DNA of 63,945 nucleotides, counting the filler, from Octopus bimaculoides (Eukaryota): the NCBI RefSeq assembly GCF_001194135.2. It is 3 parts of 3 records of this genome, joined end to end, with 100 filler letters (N's around TTAATTAATTAA, not from the genome) between each part and the next. Parts side by side here need not be neighbours in the genome. Positions count along the whole stretch, not along the records: positions 1 to 26,442 come from NC_068997.1; positions 26,543 to 56,286 come from NC_068984.1; 1 more part is not named here. One strand, written 5' to 3'. The notes beneath the pieces were generated by a model. That model saw only the letters and a program-made list of their open reading frames with translations, had not been told where the DNA came from and did no database searches. Positions 22,874-35,756 of the stretch are shown in pieces. How positions within the stretch are numbered: position 1 is the stretch's first letter; every line of letters begins with the position of its first letter. The translations under genes and the position numbers were made by a program.

Positions 22874-25025
22874 CTGAAGAGAGAGAGACACAGAAAGAAC
22901 CAGCTGAAATTGGAACCTGTCCTTCGGAGAAGACAGAGAGTAGAAGCATTTAAGTCCTGTAAAACTGAATCAATGATAAAACATGGGATATTGGAGCAGC
23001 GAAAACCATAAAAAGTGATGAGACAATCTGGTTGTAGTGACAGAGGTGGTGGTGGTCATTTTCGTTGTGGTGGTCTGAGGAAGTGGCAGCTGTTTTGCTT
23101 TTTCTTTCTCCATGTATTTTAGCTTCAGCGGCTGAGTTGTGACCTTTAATGAAAGGTGTTCCAGCCATGGGTCCCCAGTCTTTTCCTGTATGCAAGGGAC
23201 ATATGCAAAGCCACATTAGTCAACATGTTCTTAAAAACAGTAGGGTTTGGCTACTATTTCCAGCAAGTCTAACAACTATGTAGAGGCTGTCTTGTTGGTT
23301 CATTGGCCTGTTGTGCAATAGGTGGTGTGTGTGTGTGTGTGTGTGTATGTGTGGCAGGGAGATGGTAGAGGTGGTGGTGGTGGTGTCTATATATATATAT
23401 ATATATATATATNNNNNNNNNNNNNNNNNNNNNNNNNNNNNNNNNNNNNNNNNNNNNNNNNNNNNNNNNNNNNNNNNNNNNNNNNNNNNNNNNNNNNNNN
23501 NNNNNNNNNNNNNNNNNNNNNNNNNNNNNNNNNNNNNNNNNNNNNNNNNNNNNNNNNNNNNNNNNNNNNNNNNNNNNNNNNNNNNNNNNNNNNNNNNNNN
23601 NNNNNNNNNNNNNNNNNNNNNNNNNNNNNNNNNNNNNNNNNNNNNNNNNNNNNNNNNNNNNNNNNNNNNNNNNNNNNNNNNNNNNNNNNNNNNNNNNNNN
23701 NNNNNNNNNNNNNNNNNNNNNNNNNNNNNNNNNNNNNNNNNNNNNNNNNNNNNNNNNNNNNNNNNNNNNNNNNNNNNNNNNNNNNNNNNNNNNNNNNNNN
23801 NNNNNNNNNNNNNNNNNNNNNNNNNNNNNNNNNNNNNNNNNNNNNNNNNNNNNNNNNNNNNNNNNNNNNNNNNNNNNNNNNNNNNNNNNNNNNNNNNNNN
23901 NNNNNNNNNNNNNNNNNNNNNNNNNNNNNNNNNNNNNNNNNNNNNNNNNNNNNNNNNNNNNNNNNNTTAAACGATGATGATGATGATGATGAAATCATAG
24001 GGCAGCAAAAAAATTTCTAAATCTCTCACAGAAATTTATGCAGTAGCAGCATGATAAAGTGATAGTATGTTGTCAACTTAATGTCCCATAAAAGGGAAGA
24101 ATGCTACTGTTATTTAGCCCTAGGAAACACCGTTTCCTATTGGACTTGACACATTTCCTGTGCCCTTATGTTTTCAAAGTGGAGATAAGAAAATACTTGT
24201 TCTGATTACTAAAGTTATAATTTAGTTGATTTTTAATAAAAAAAAATTTCTTGCCTTACTAACTACATCATATCTACTCGTGTCTACTTTGCTCTCATGA
24301 TTTAAGGTTAAGTCAGTATTTCAAACGAACACAACTGTTTCCAATCTGTTTAGAGCAGTGAACAAGATTTCCTTGTGATACCCAAAGATAGCAAAATGGA
24401 ATGGAACACCAAAAACCCAGTATTTAATGCAGTATCAGCACCAAGACAAGAACCACCATTTCTTCATCTATCCTTAATTATATAAAAAGCAGCAGCAAGA
24501 TATTTGTTTCTTTGCATTTATTGGTCTTTGAAGAAAGTCATTAAAATTCATTGATTCAGATCTCAATCTGAAGTGTAAATACACCATCATGTCACAACAA
24601 TACAGAAATTATAGACAAATGCTTCAAAGGCATCAACAATGAAAATACAACAAAAAAATAAAACAAACTGTGTGCAATATCTATGCATAAATACACAAAA
24701 AAAGAAAGACAGAATCAAATTGTATGCCACATACATACACACACACACACACACACATCCAGGTATGTATATGCATAAACACAGAGAGAAGGATATAATC
24801 CAAACTGTTTGTTGACAAATTAACCCAATATTCTGTTAAACAGTATGTATGTATGTATGTATGTGTGTGTATGTATGTATGTATGTATGTATGTATGTAT
24901 GTATGTGTGTGTATGTATATATGTATGTGTGTGGGCGTGTGTATGTATGTATGTATGTATGTATGTGTGTGGGCGTGTGTATGTATGTATGTATGTATGT
25001 AGAAAATAGAGACAATCTTGAATGC

Positions 25026-25327
25026 AGCTGTGAAAACAGCTTAGAAGATGTGGAGGAAAGTGTCCAGCAAGCCAGTGTAGAGAATCAAATCCTGTATCTT
25101 TTAAATTCTAAGTTTTTGTTCATAAAAAAACTGTTCTCACATTCCAAAAGCTATCATCTAGCATTATAAAAGATGGTATTTGTTGTCAAGAAATGCTTAA
25201 AAGGGCGCCGAGGACTCAGTTGGAATTTAGAAAGTACAAGGTTAGATTCTCTGCAGTGGCCTACTGGGCACTTTTTCCTACATCTTCTAAGGGTTTTTAC
25301 CCAATCTTCTAAACTGTTTTCACAGCT
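25026..25327. repeat. Imperfect inverted repeat, arms 25026-25108 and 25223-25327
   Basis: agctgtgaaaacagcttagaagatgtggaggaaagtgtccag...aaattc versus the reverse complement of gaatttag...gttttcacagct. The right arm has an extra duplication of about 22 bp. Confidence 0.75.
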
Positions 25328-26158
25328 ATTGTGTGTCTGAGATTTATTTTATTTTCTGTTAAATACCAACTCACTTGGCAATTCTATGTTTGTATATATG
25401 TGCATGTGTGTGTGTGTGTGTGTGTGTGTGCACGCACACATATGAACCAACACTTAGGGCTGTTACTCCACAGCTCAAGTTACACTACATCTCTGTTTCT
25501 CTTCCACCTAAATCTTACATAATATCAAATTGTATTACATCATAAACATGTTCATCAATGTAAAAAATCAAGTTGTTCAAATATAATGAAATAAGCAGAA
25601 AAGTTTCAAAGATATACGGAGTCATGCAACATTGGGAAACTGATAAAGCAACAACACTGCTGAAAATTAGGTGTGAAAAGATAGAGAAAAGGGCAAAGAA
25701 AGTTCATAGCATATTGTATAGCAACTTTTGAAGCAGCTCAACTATAGTGTGGAGAATAAGATGAAGCTGGTACAGTGCATAGCAAGGAGGTGTATGAGAT
25801 GTATATATATATATATATATACATGCAGGCAAAACAAACAGTTGTGTTCATGCAGTTTATACATGTTACATAAAGAGGAACATGACAAAATGTTGAAAAT
25901 TGAATTGGAAAAAAACCCAAAAAATTCAAGAGCATAAGTTGCAATAATTGTTAGAGTAGAATTAAATATGATTTCAGAATGATAAAAGGCCACAGGAAAA
26001 ATACAGTTGAATGGATTGACATCAGTAAATGACTGGTATTTAATAGTTTGAATCTAAAGAAAAAGGATGGCTAAGTCCAACTTGGCAGAATTTGAATTCA
26101 AGATAGAGAGAGGTGGAATACTTTTACTCATTTATTTCAGCAGTCTACCATTTCTCCC

Positions 26159-26191
<33 letters not shown>

Positions 26192-26442
26192 TTGTAAACA
26201 AGCTCAAGGTAATACACTACTGGGTGGGAGGGTTAGATTTGACTTACTTTATAGAATCCAGGACAAGCTAAATAATCACAAAGCTAAGTTCTGCAGGGTA
26301 TGAAAATTAAACACAGCAAAGGGATTCTCTGTCTATCAATTCTGCTATTCCACTGCTCAATAATAATAATAATAATAATAATAATAATCATTTAACGTCC
26401 GCCTCCCATGTTGGCATGGGTTGGACGGTTTGATAGGAGCTG

Positions 26443-26542
26443 NNNNNNNNNNNNNNNNNNNNNNNNNNNNNNNNNNNNNNNNNNNNTTAATTAATTAANN
26501 NNNNNNNNNNNNNNNNNNNNNNNNNNNNNNNNNNNNNNNNNN
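26443..26542. other. Assembly join spacer N44-TTAATTAATTAA-N44
   Basis: Exactly 100 bp. The 12-mer has stops in all six frames. An identical spacer occurs at 56287. Confidence 0.93.
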
Positions 26543-26587
<45 letters not shown>

Positions 26588-27252
26588 GTCGTCTGTCAAC
26601 TTATTCGCTGCTTGTACTTTGCATTTTCTGTACTATAAATAAAATAATCTACTGTTATTTGATTATGGGCTATAGATTTTATAAAATAATGTTAATCTTT
26701 ATTCTGAAGTTCTGTACCCATAGTATTCATAGTACACCAATGAACACTGAAAACTAACAAGGAAAGAAGTCTAGAGCAAGCTGTTTTGACTGTGAAATTA
26801 TGTTAGATGAAGAAAATAATTGGTCGGTCATGGAAGTTGTTGCACCATTCACTAAGGTCTCGTGTGAGCTAATATATTTTTCAATTCATAAGATCTATTG
26901 TGTTTTATTTTCGCTTTGACGAGCAAATATAAAAAGAGACGCCATATTTGTTTATTTAATTGAGATTGTATAATTTCCGTACACTAAATAAGGGATTTTC
27001 ATGTGCTTGGTTTTCGATCTATTTCTCGCAAACTGAAGGGGGTTGCTAGATAAACGGTTGACCTAGACTAATGTATTACACACAAAAGCGATTCGTATAC
27101 AATAGAGATAAATGCTCGTCTATCTAGTTTCGTTTCTTCTTTAGAAGCATAACATTTTATTTGTAAATGCTTTGGGGAAAGGCATAACTATCACGTTTGT
27201 TGCTCTACCACCAGGAGTTATGCCTGCCTAAAAAAATAATGATCAGCTAACC

Positions 27253-27512
27253 TCGTGTTTCTCAACCATTTTTCACCTGTAGAGACCCCTTTAATTCCTA
27301 TTTTACTCGAATGAACTCCCCTAGCCATTCGATGTTTTTAAAAAATCATATCATATTTTTGTAATAGAATATTATTAGGAATTGTATTATAAAAATTGTT
27401 AAAATATTTTGTATATTGCAGAAGTATATAACCAATTTATTGCTGATAAATTTTAAAAACAAAATTTTATATGGACTCCAAGGACCATATGAACCCTGGT
27501 TGAGAACAATTG
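27253..27512. mobile_element. Non-autonomous hAT-type MITE
   Basis: Degenerate TIRs tcgtgtttctcaacc / ggttgagaacaattg and 8-bp TSD agctaacc / cgctaacc. Homologous to 54634-54950. Confidence 0.75.
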
Positions 27513-29929
27513 CGCTAACCTATCTAGCCATTACATACTGATCTGTCGATTGAAAAGTTGACCTGTCTAATTCGTGAACATTTCGATAACTTTCAGTGCT
27601 TGGCTGAAAGGACATATTTAAGACGCGTGAAAATCATCAGCTCGGCGATTTCTTTCGCTGATGCAGATGTAATCTATCTAAAGCTTCTAAATAATCCCCG
27701 ACGTTTACCACCGGCAACCATCATGTACTAAACACCATACTAAACTTTACTGCGGAATATTTTCATAGGCTTGAGCAGTCACCGCTTTCGTAAATTTATT
27801 AATTCGTTAAATGAGTGGTAAACGTCTGTTATAATCTATTATACATCCTCATCATGAACAGTAAAAAGGAAATCACTTGGATGGTGCCGTTTCCGATTTA
27901 TTGTACATTCATCAGCAATCGAATCACCTACTGTTTCAGTAAAGCTGTCGCTGTGGAATTTTATTTAAAGCTACAGTTGTTACGCTTATAACTAAATCAA
28001 GTAGATCTATTTCTGCCAACTTTGATGAAGGTATGATAAACGAGAAACGGAGTCGTCTATCTGATCCTTCATTTACTGTCATCGGTGACGTTGTAGAACA
28101 CGCATAACAGACGTTTACGACTGTTTCATGCAGCTAGTAAATTTAATGAATAAGTTAATATGAGGATGCAGTGACTACTCAAAGCACACGGAGAAACTCC
28201 AGAGTATATTCCATAGTATAGCTTAGTATGAGAAATAAATATTCTTGGTGCATTAGTGATTTACATAACCTGACTGTATCGGTATTTGAACTTGTATTAT
28301 GAAAAAATTATTAGACGTAAAACGAAGTCTTCTAAGGATGGTCAGGTAACTGAAATGCGGACAGGCCTCAGGAAAACTTTCTCATAGGGGAAGGTTCGGA
28401 ACATTTGATTCCATGTTAGTTGTCTTGTAATTATTTTTTCTATTACCAACGCCTATCATTATAAATTCTGCAAGTGAATGAAATAAACTAGGTATTATTC
28501 CTGGTAAAACAATAATGACAAATCTTCTTTTGAAAATACGAACTTCATTGGTGGGTCCATACATTTGAAATTTTCTCGCAAGAAAACTATTTAATAGCAG
28601 AAATTTGAAAGGAGGCCTTCTGACAAATTTCCTGGAGGCCTTCTGATAAATTCTCGCTTATTAGAAAGCTAAACGACCCATATTACACGACGAAAACAGT
28701 AAAGTTTGGGATTAAGAGTCTAATGCTTTGCAGATACATAAAAAATTATAGTTCAAGAAAGTTGATTAAGATTGACAGTATTTTGGCACAAAGTCAATAA
28801 AAGTAAAAGACAAGGTCACTCATCGAACTTGTCTTTTACTCTGGTATCACTTTGCAGCTTGAAAATTTCGTTATTTTGACAATCATGATGAATTTTTTTT
28901 CGACTGACAATTTAAATGAATTCCGCACTAAATCCAGTTCCGCGTCACCGAATTCAGCAAAATATCGAATGGGTTCATTTTTTTTTTTTTTAGTGCCATC
29001 ATAAAATGGAAAATTTCATGTGTTTTCTCTTTTAATTTTTCAGTTTGCTCATGAAATCTTTCAAAGAACTGATGAATTTTTATAGTGTTTGTAGTCCTTC
29101 GTTTCGTCTGAAGATTCAACATACAAAAATATCAACCAGTTAGGTAAGATGCATAATTCACATCTGCCTCACTCAGAAAAAATTCCATCTTACCCTGAGC
29201 TTCAAACTTAATATGTGTTCATCTCTAAACTCAAATGTTTGCTCACTTACATTTTCTTTTGAAAGCCATCGAATTGGAAAAGAACCAAATGTTAACTTGC
29301 CCATTTTAATACATAGCTACTTGAGAAGTTGTGGCTGAGAACTCTTCGTTTTTCAAAATCCACAAGTAGAAGTGTTTTTGGGGCTGTATTCACTGATAAT
29401 GGATCGTGCGATGTACATACATTTTTCGTTTACGGGACTCGCTTTTCATACAAACTTGAAATCCGGATTTTACTTCCAACACTGTTAGTCCTCCATCTGT
29501 ACAGCATCAACAGACATCACTCTATAACAGGTTTTCTGATTTTATGCAAGTAAAAATTTTTTTCCAAAATATCCAGCAAAATATCTGAAGCCTTAAGAAT
29601 TGTCTCAAGAGAACAAAAGAGAAATTCCTCTTTAAGTGAATGTAAGTGTATATATAAATATATCTTACAAACATCAGCAACTAGGAACACAACGTTGCAT
29701 CAGTAAAGTCATCAAGCTGAAAGGAAAATAAAGCTACAGATTTGATTTCCTGCACAACTTGATTCTTAATGTCAAATGATCCTTCTTTGAACAGTCATTT
29801 TATTTTCTGCTGAAATTACTACAGGTAAATTTACTTTGTACCATTTTGAGAAATTTTTTCCTGCTTTGCATCTTCTTTTTGACTAACTTCTTAAAATGCT
29901 TGTTAATTCCAGTTTTAAATTTTGATTTC

Positions 29930-30345
29930 AAATTTTGGCACAAGGCCAGCAAGTTTGAGGGAGGGGTCTTGTCGATTACATCGACCCCAATAATCAACTG
30001 TTACTTATTTTACCGACTTAAAAGGATGGAAAGCAAAGCCAACTTCTGCAGGATTTGAACTCAGAACGTAAGGAAGGACGAAATACTGCTAAGCATTTTT
30101 CCTGCCGTGGTAACGACTTTCTAGCTCGACACCTTAAGCCAATTTTAGATATTAGTTTCAAATTTTGGCACAAGGCCAGCAGTTTCGCGGGAGGGAGTAA
30201 GTCGATTTCATCGACCTCAACGTTCAGCTGGTACTTATTTTATTGATTCTGAAATGATAAAAGGCAAAGTCGACCTCGGCGAAATTTTAACTGAGAATGT
30301 AGAGACGGACGAAATGTCGCTAAGCATTTCTCCCGGTGCGATAAA
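29930..30345 (-). mobile_element. Two tandem copies of SINE family A
   Basis: Each has ttttggcacaaggccagc...gtcgatt.catcgacc...ggaaagc/aaaggcaaagtcgacctcggc...gaactcagaacgta...gctaagcattt. Confidence 0.75.
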
Positions 30346-31787
30346 ACCATTGAGAGCATTCTTATGCTGTCCAGTAAAGCATGTCTTCGTAGATGATATA
30401 CATTGTGCATACAGCGAAGATGTCTGAAATTGCATCTTCGACATCCAAAAACACGTAGATCACCACTTGAACTCCATAACCATTCTAACCAGCCCATCAG
30501 GTGCAAGAAGCAAAGGCTGATGTAGTAACGGTTGGCGTGCTGTGATTGGCAGAAATGGTTGTGGTAGTGATGGAGGTAGTGGTTGATGATGTCGGTGGTG
30601 GTAGAGGTGGTGGTGTGGTGATAGTGATGATGGTGGTGGGGATGAAGTAGAGAGATTAATGTGATGATGCTCATGCAAAATATTTTGTTTGATTTTTAGT
30701 CACAGCTTAGCCTCGATTGAGCAGATTTATGAACAAAACTGTACCATCCGTGACCATCCCGTATATTGTATACATAGGGACTTTATCAAACAATGCGTCC
30801 TTCCTTTCTGAAAACAATACAGTGTGACATGAAGAAAACTGAACGTTATTTCTAGCAGATCGAGAGACCAGACATAAAGATATATACTTGTCTCGTAATA
30901 AAATTAGTAATTTGCTCTGGTAGTGTTGTTGTTGTTGTTGTTGTTGTTGGTGGTGGTGGGTTAGTGGTGGTGCCGGCATGGTGAGCAAGTAGGAAGAAAC
31001 AGAGGTACCAGGGGTGTTGAAAGGTGTTGCTTCCTATGATGACAACATGAAAGCAGAAGGTTAATATCATTCTCTGTGTAAACCAGACAACACACACATA
31101 CAACACACACACACACAATACTTACACACACACAATACTCACACACGCGCACGCGCACATACACACGCACGCGCACGCGCGCACGCGCACGTACACACAC
31201 ACACGAAGTAGCTTTCTAGAAAGGATGTTCAGGGCGAGAGTTTCCTCCCGCTGTCTATAATTACAGTGTAATAATAAAAGGGCGTGGTGATTGCTTGCCC
31301 CCGTGGGCGGAGGTAGATTTCCAGTTAGGCAACATTTCATCACGCCGTCGTCCTTGTAAGGTGGTGGCGGTAGCGACCTTCTACCACCACCACCACCACC
31401 ATTACTATCACCACCACCACCACCACCACCAAGCACCAGCACTACCACCAACACTGACACTACCGACACTACCACCACCACTACCACCACTACCACATTT
31501 CATCACTACCTTCACACCACCGCTCGCTTCATTCTGTGGACAGTCACTTCACTATTCATTGCCACTGTAGAACAAAACAACATAGAATTAGAAAGCAGGT
31601 GTGACCAGCTGGTGGTCATGCTCAAACAAGGACACATTTCGCAAACATAAACCACCGCCATCACCACCACCGCCATCACCACCACTACCGCCACCGCCGC
31701 CGCCACCAGAAACATAGATAGATAATTGAACAAATACTCACACGCGTAGATTTCTGAATGTAAGCATGCATCTCTGTGTATGTATCT

Positions 31788-31840
<53 letters not shown>

Positions 31841-33049
31841 AACATACATTGAAATGCATACATGCATATATATATGTGTGTGTTTATACATCACGTATGC
31901 ATTTAGAGTTTATTACATACATATACCGTATTAAACTCGGTTTGTGTGTGTCGTTGAATGCTTTGTGTATTTTCGTTGACAGCCCAAACTAACGGATGTG
32001 GAAATAATCACGCAGCTTTTCAAATGAGTAAATAGATAGCTATACATACTGTGTATGTCTGTATATCTGTCTACGTATATATTTCTGTACTTCAGCAATA
32101 CCAGTGAGGACCTGTCTCTGTGTTTATGTGGGGTGGGGCGTTTGTGTATATGTGTTTATGACTTACGATAAAATGGTGTTTGTAAATGGATGGGTGTGTG
32201 GGAATATATATATATAGGTACGTTCGCGCGCGCGCATCTTTGCCTGTCTGTAAGAGCCTCTTTAAGTGTGTGCTTCCGTGTTTGAGTCTTTTTTGGATTT
32301 CCGAATTGAGTGTATATCAATTCATGTATGTATGTGGTCTTGCATGCGAAGCACATACACGCGCGCATTTACTGCATAATATATATGCGTGTGTAAGTGT
32401 GTGAGTGTGTGTGTTAGCACATATTTTCGGATATATTAATTTGACTGGTATTCTATACTTTTTCTCTATATCCAAATATGCTGCCACAATAGAGACGATC
32501 GTCGGTAATGTATGGTGCAATCACCAATTAAAGATGTGATTTTGTCCATTCTTGTTCTTGTCTTACACTCCAAATTTCTTAAAATTCTTTCAAATGCTAT
32601 TTGAATTTACTTGTCATACATAAAGAATTATTTTGGATGTTTATTCTACTTGCATTCATTGGTATCTCATTGTTGGTTGGATATCGTTAACTAAATTCGT
32701 TTAACATTGAGAGCTTTATAGATGCTTGATTTATTAACTCCCTTTACTTCTTTTATGTGCGTGTGTGTGCGCGCGCGCGCGTTCATGCGTGTGTGTGTGT
32801 GTGTGTGTATGTGCATACATACATACATACACACACATATATATATAGGCGGACGTGTCATAGAGTCAGTCACCGCACCCATAAATTTTATTCGTTTCTT
32901 CGGATTCGTACGTGATCAACAACACAGTTTAGGATTTTGCAAATACAGCTTTTCGAAATTTTAATTCCTCACCCACTATATATATAACTTTTGCTAAATC
33001 TCTTGATCCGTTTTCAAAAATACGGAGATTACGATTCTAAAGCAAAAAT

Positions 33050-33600
33050 TCAAAATTTCATTTTTCCTAATCTTGACTGTGTGCCTATTGTGCTGTGACT
33101 AAGCTGAACACCATATTGAAAAGCAATTCCATTAGTTTTCCAATAAGTCTCAGAATGTACAAGCCTCTGGTGGCTTCGATACATCTGTATGAATGTGAGA
33201 GCTGGACTCTCACAGCCAACATGGAGCGAAGAATCCAGGCATTTGAGCACGAGTGCTTCAGAAGGCTGCTACAGAGTACAAAACAGTTTTGTCAGGCAGC
33301 AAGTTAACAAATATTCTGGTAGACAGGAACCACTCCTTTCATAGGTAAATAGGCGAAAGCCTACATGGTACGGTCATGCATCCCGCCACAACTCTCTGTC
33401 CAAAAACATTCTTCAGGACACAGTTGAGGGAGGGCGAAAGACAGACAGACAGAAAATCCTGGTTTGACAACATCAAGAACTGGATAGGTCACAATATAGC
33501 GAACCTGCTATACGTGGCAGAGAAGAGCGACCAGTGACGACGGCTGACAAACAAAGGCGTCTAGTGTGACACTCCAACGACTGGAATCTGTATGATGATG
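33050..33600 (+). mobile_element. RTE-clade LINE, 5'-truncated 3' end (RT thumb/C-terminus), pseudogenised
   Basis: KLNTILKSNSISFP..LRMYKPLVASIHLYECESWTLTANMERRIQAFEHECFRRLL, then RRKPTWYGHASRH...ILQDTVEG. Ends in a gatgatgaa tail. Confidence 0.9.
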
Positions 33601-33679
33601 AACTTACACATACCAGTTCTTCACCAGCACCACTAAAAAAATGTGGGAAGTTTTTCGACCACTCTACCTCTTTAACAGC

Positions 33680-33895
33680 TTTTTCTTTCTAACTTTGGCA
33701 CAAAGCCTGCAACTTGGAGAGGTGGGGAATATCTATTACATCGATCCCAGAGCTCAACTAATACTTATTTTATCGAACCGAAAGGATGAAAGGCAAAGTC
33801 GACCTCGGCGGAATTTGAACTCAGAACGTAAAACGGAAGAAATACCGTTAACCAGTTTGTCCTGTATGCTTACGATTCTACCAGCTCGCCGCCTT
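33680..33895 (-). mobile_element. SINE family A copy
   Basis: ggcacaaagcctgc...atcgaaccgaaaggatgaaaggcaaagtcgacctcggcggaatttgaactcagaacgtaaa...cagctcgccgcctt. Confidence 0.8.
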
Positions 33896-34344
33896 ACTCT
33901 ACTTCTTTAATAATGAGAAGGCAAAACAGAATTTGCATCCAATATAACCCATCATTTTTGCCATAGTGTTGGACGAGTTTAAACTCATCTTAATTTTTAA
34001 AAAAAAGCATGGATAGTGCGTCTGATCCCTTTCCACACATCACAGGTCTCAAAGGGACGGAAGCCGTCTTTCCTACGTGAAATACTGCATTAACACATTG
34101 TAAACTTTCACTATTGCATCCTTCATCCCAAACTTTTTGAAACAGCTGTGTTCCTATATATGCCCATTGTTGAAAATGCAGGAATTTGAAAAAATGCGTT
34201 GAAAAAGTAAATAAATGAATTATGGGTGTGGTGATTCTGCGACACGTCCGCCAAGTTACATATAAATATGTATTGCTATATTGTATATAGTCACTCCTTC
34301 GAGACGATACAGTGTAATTTGAAGAATATTTGGCTGACATTTGA

Positions 34345-34401
<57 letters not shown>

Positions 34402-35148
34402 TACACACACATACACACACACAAATATGTATGTGTGTGTGTGTGGGTGGGTGTATATCTGTATTTTTTCTCAGAAATAGCAAGAGAGTCGGAATGATAG
34501 AGTGCATATATATATCCGTCTGTATAACATACTTAGTGTAAATACATCATTGAAAGGCAATTTTATTGCAGTATTCATCCGGAGGTAACATCTCTCATAG
34601 ACGCGTTGGGGTTAAAAGCACAAAATGTACGAATAGCGTGCACTCACAGCCAGCCGCATGCTTAGCTAAGGTTTCTTCCCTCCGATATCTAGGGAAGCAA
34701 TAAAAGACATTCACTGGAATTGTTATTTGCGGACAAATATCGCAATAAATTTGTCTTTTAACGAAATATTTACATTAAATATGATACACAGAGGATTATT
34801 TTGTCTTAGTATTGCTTCTATTGCATTTAATAAATCTTTATTCAGCTAGGTGGCTATCAGTAATACCGGTGAATGTTTTTCATTCATCTAAGCATGCGGA
34901 TGGTTGGGAATGCGCGCCATTGACAAGGCCTAACGAGGCCGAAGTACATCTGGCGTTCTTGCATTTCGTTTTCACCCGATATATATTCTGCTTTTAAACA
35001 TAGCACCTCCATAAGAGATGTTATCTCTGGACGAATACCGCAGTAACTTTGCCTTTCAATGATGTATTCATATATTAAGTACGATACGTAGATAGTCATT
35101 TTAACCTAATATTGCTTCTTTTGTATTCAATGGATATGTGCGTGCGTG

Positions 35149-35191
<43 letters not shown>

Positions 35192-35511
35192 TAGTGTACA
35201 TTTAAACACAAAAGAGGTGAGCCTTAACAGGTTGCCTAACATACTAGAAAGAACAGTCAAAAAGTCCAAACCACAGATAAGAGCAATTTCGAAGGGAATG
35301 AAAAATAAAACATTTACCATGTTTTACAGCGGGACCTCAGGATTCGAACTTTAATTAGCAAATAAAATAATTTGCAAGGCGAAGTTCTCATCAGTGGATA
35401 CGCCAAAACATTAACATATAAATCAGCGACCTATTAATACGTGTCTTATCCTTATATATTATAATTTATCAAATCCTCCGCGCAAGAGCAGATTCAATCG
35501 GCAGCAAGTAT

Positions 35512-35515
<4 letters not shown>

Positions 35516-35543
<28 letters not shown>

Positions 35544-35570
35544 AAGAAGAAGAAGAAGAAGAAGAACAAG

Positions 35571-35602
<32 letters not shown>
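35516..35602. repeat. Compound (AAG)n(AAC)n microsatellite
   Basis: Directly visible. Confidence 0.9.
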
Positions 35603-35636
35603 AATGAGATGACAAATTAATAAGCGGTTACCTTAG

Positions 35637-35756
35637 GAACTTCATTAGTTGTTTCTGCTATAAGATGCAGTGGGCTCATAGTTGAGTTCCTGAGTAACAC
35701 TCAACTGTGAGTCCACTGCATCTTGTAGGAGAAATAACTGTAAGCTCATGAAGTTC
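35637..35756 (+). other. Single-copy stem-loop, pre-miRNA-like
   Basis: 35647-35687 pairs with 35699-35739 (41 positions, 4 G-U pairs, 1 G-G mismatch, 11-nt loop). An extra 9-bp basal helix gaacttcat/atgaagttc follows. Confidence 0.55.

Noticed and set aside
23311-24020. Long ORFs made of X residues (also 57005-57646, 62110-62867 and others)
   Set aside because: Artefacts of N-gaps.
22950-26442. Search for the next upstream PLCG exon (cSH2-SH3 linker)
   Set aside because: No segment with splice sites and PLC-gamma similarity was found. It may lie in the 23413-23966 gap or beyond the scaffold end.
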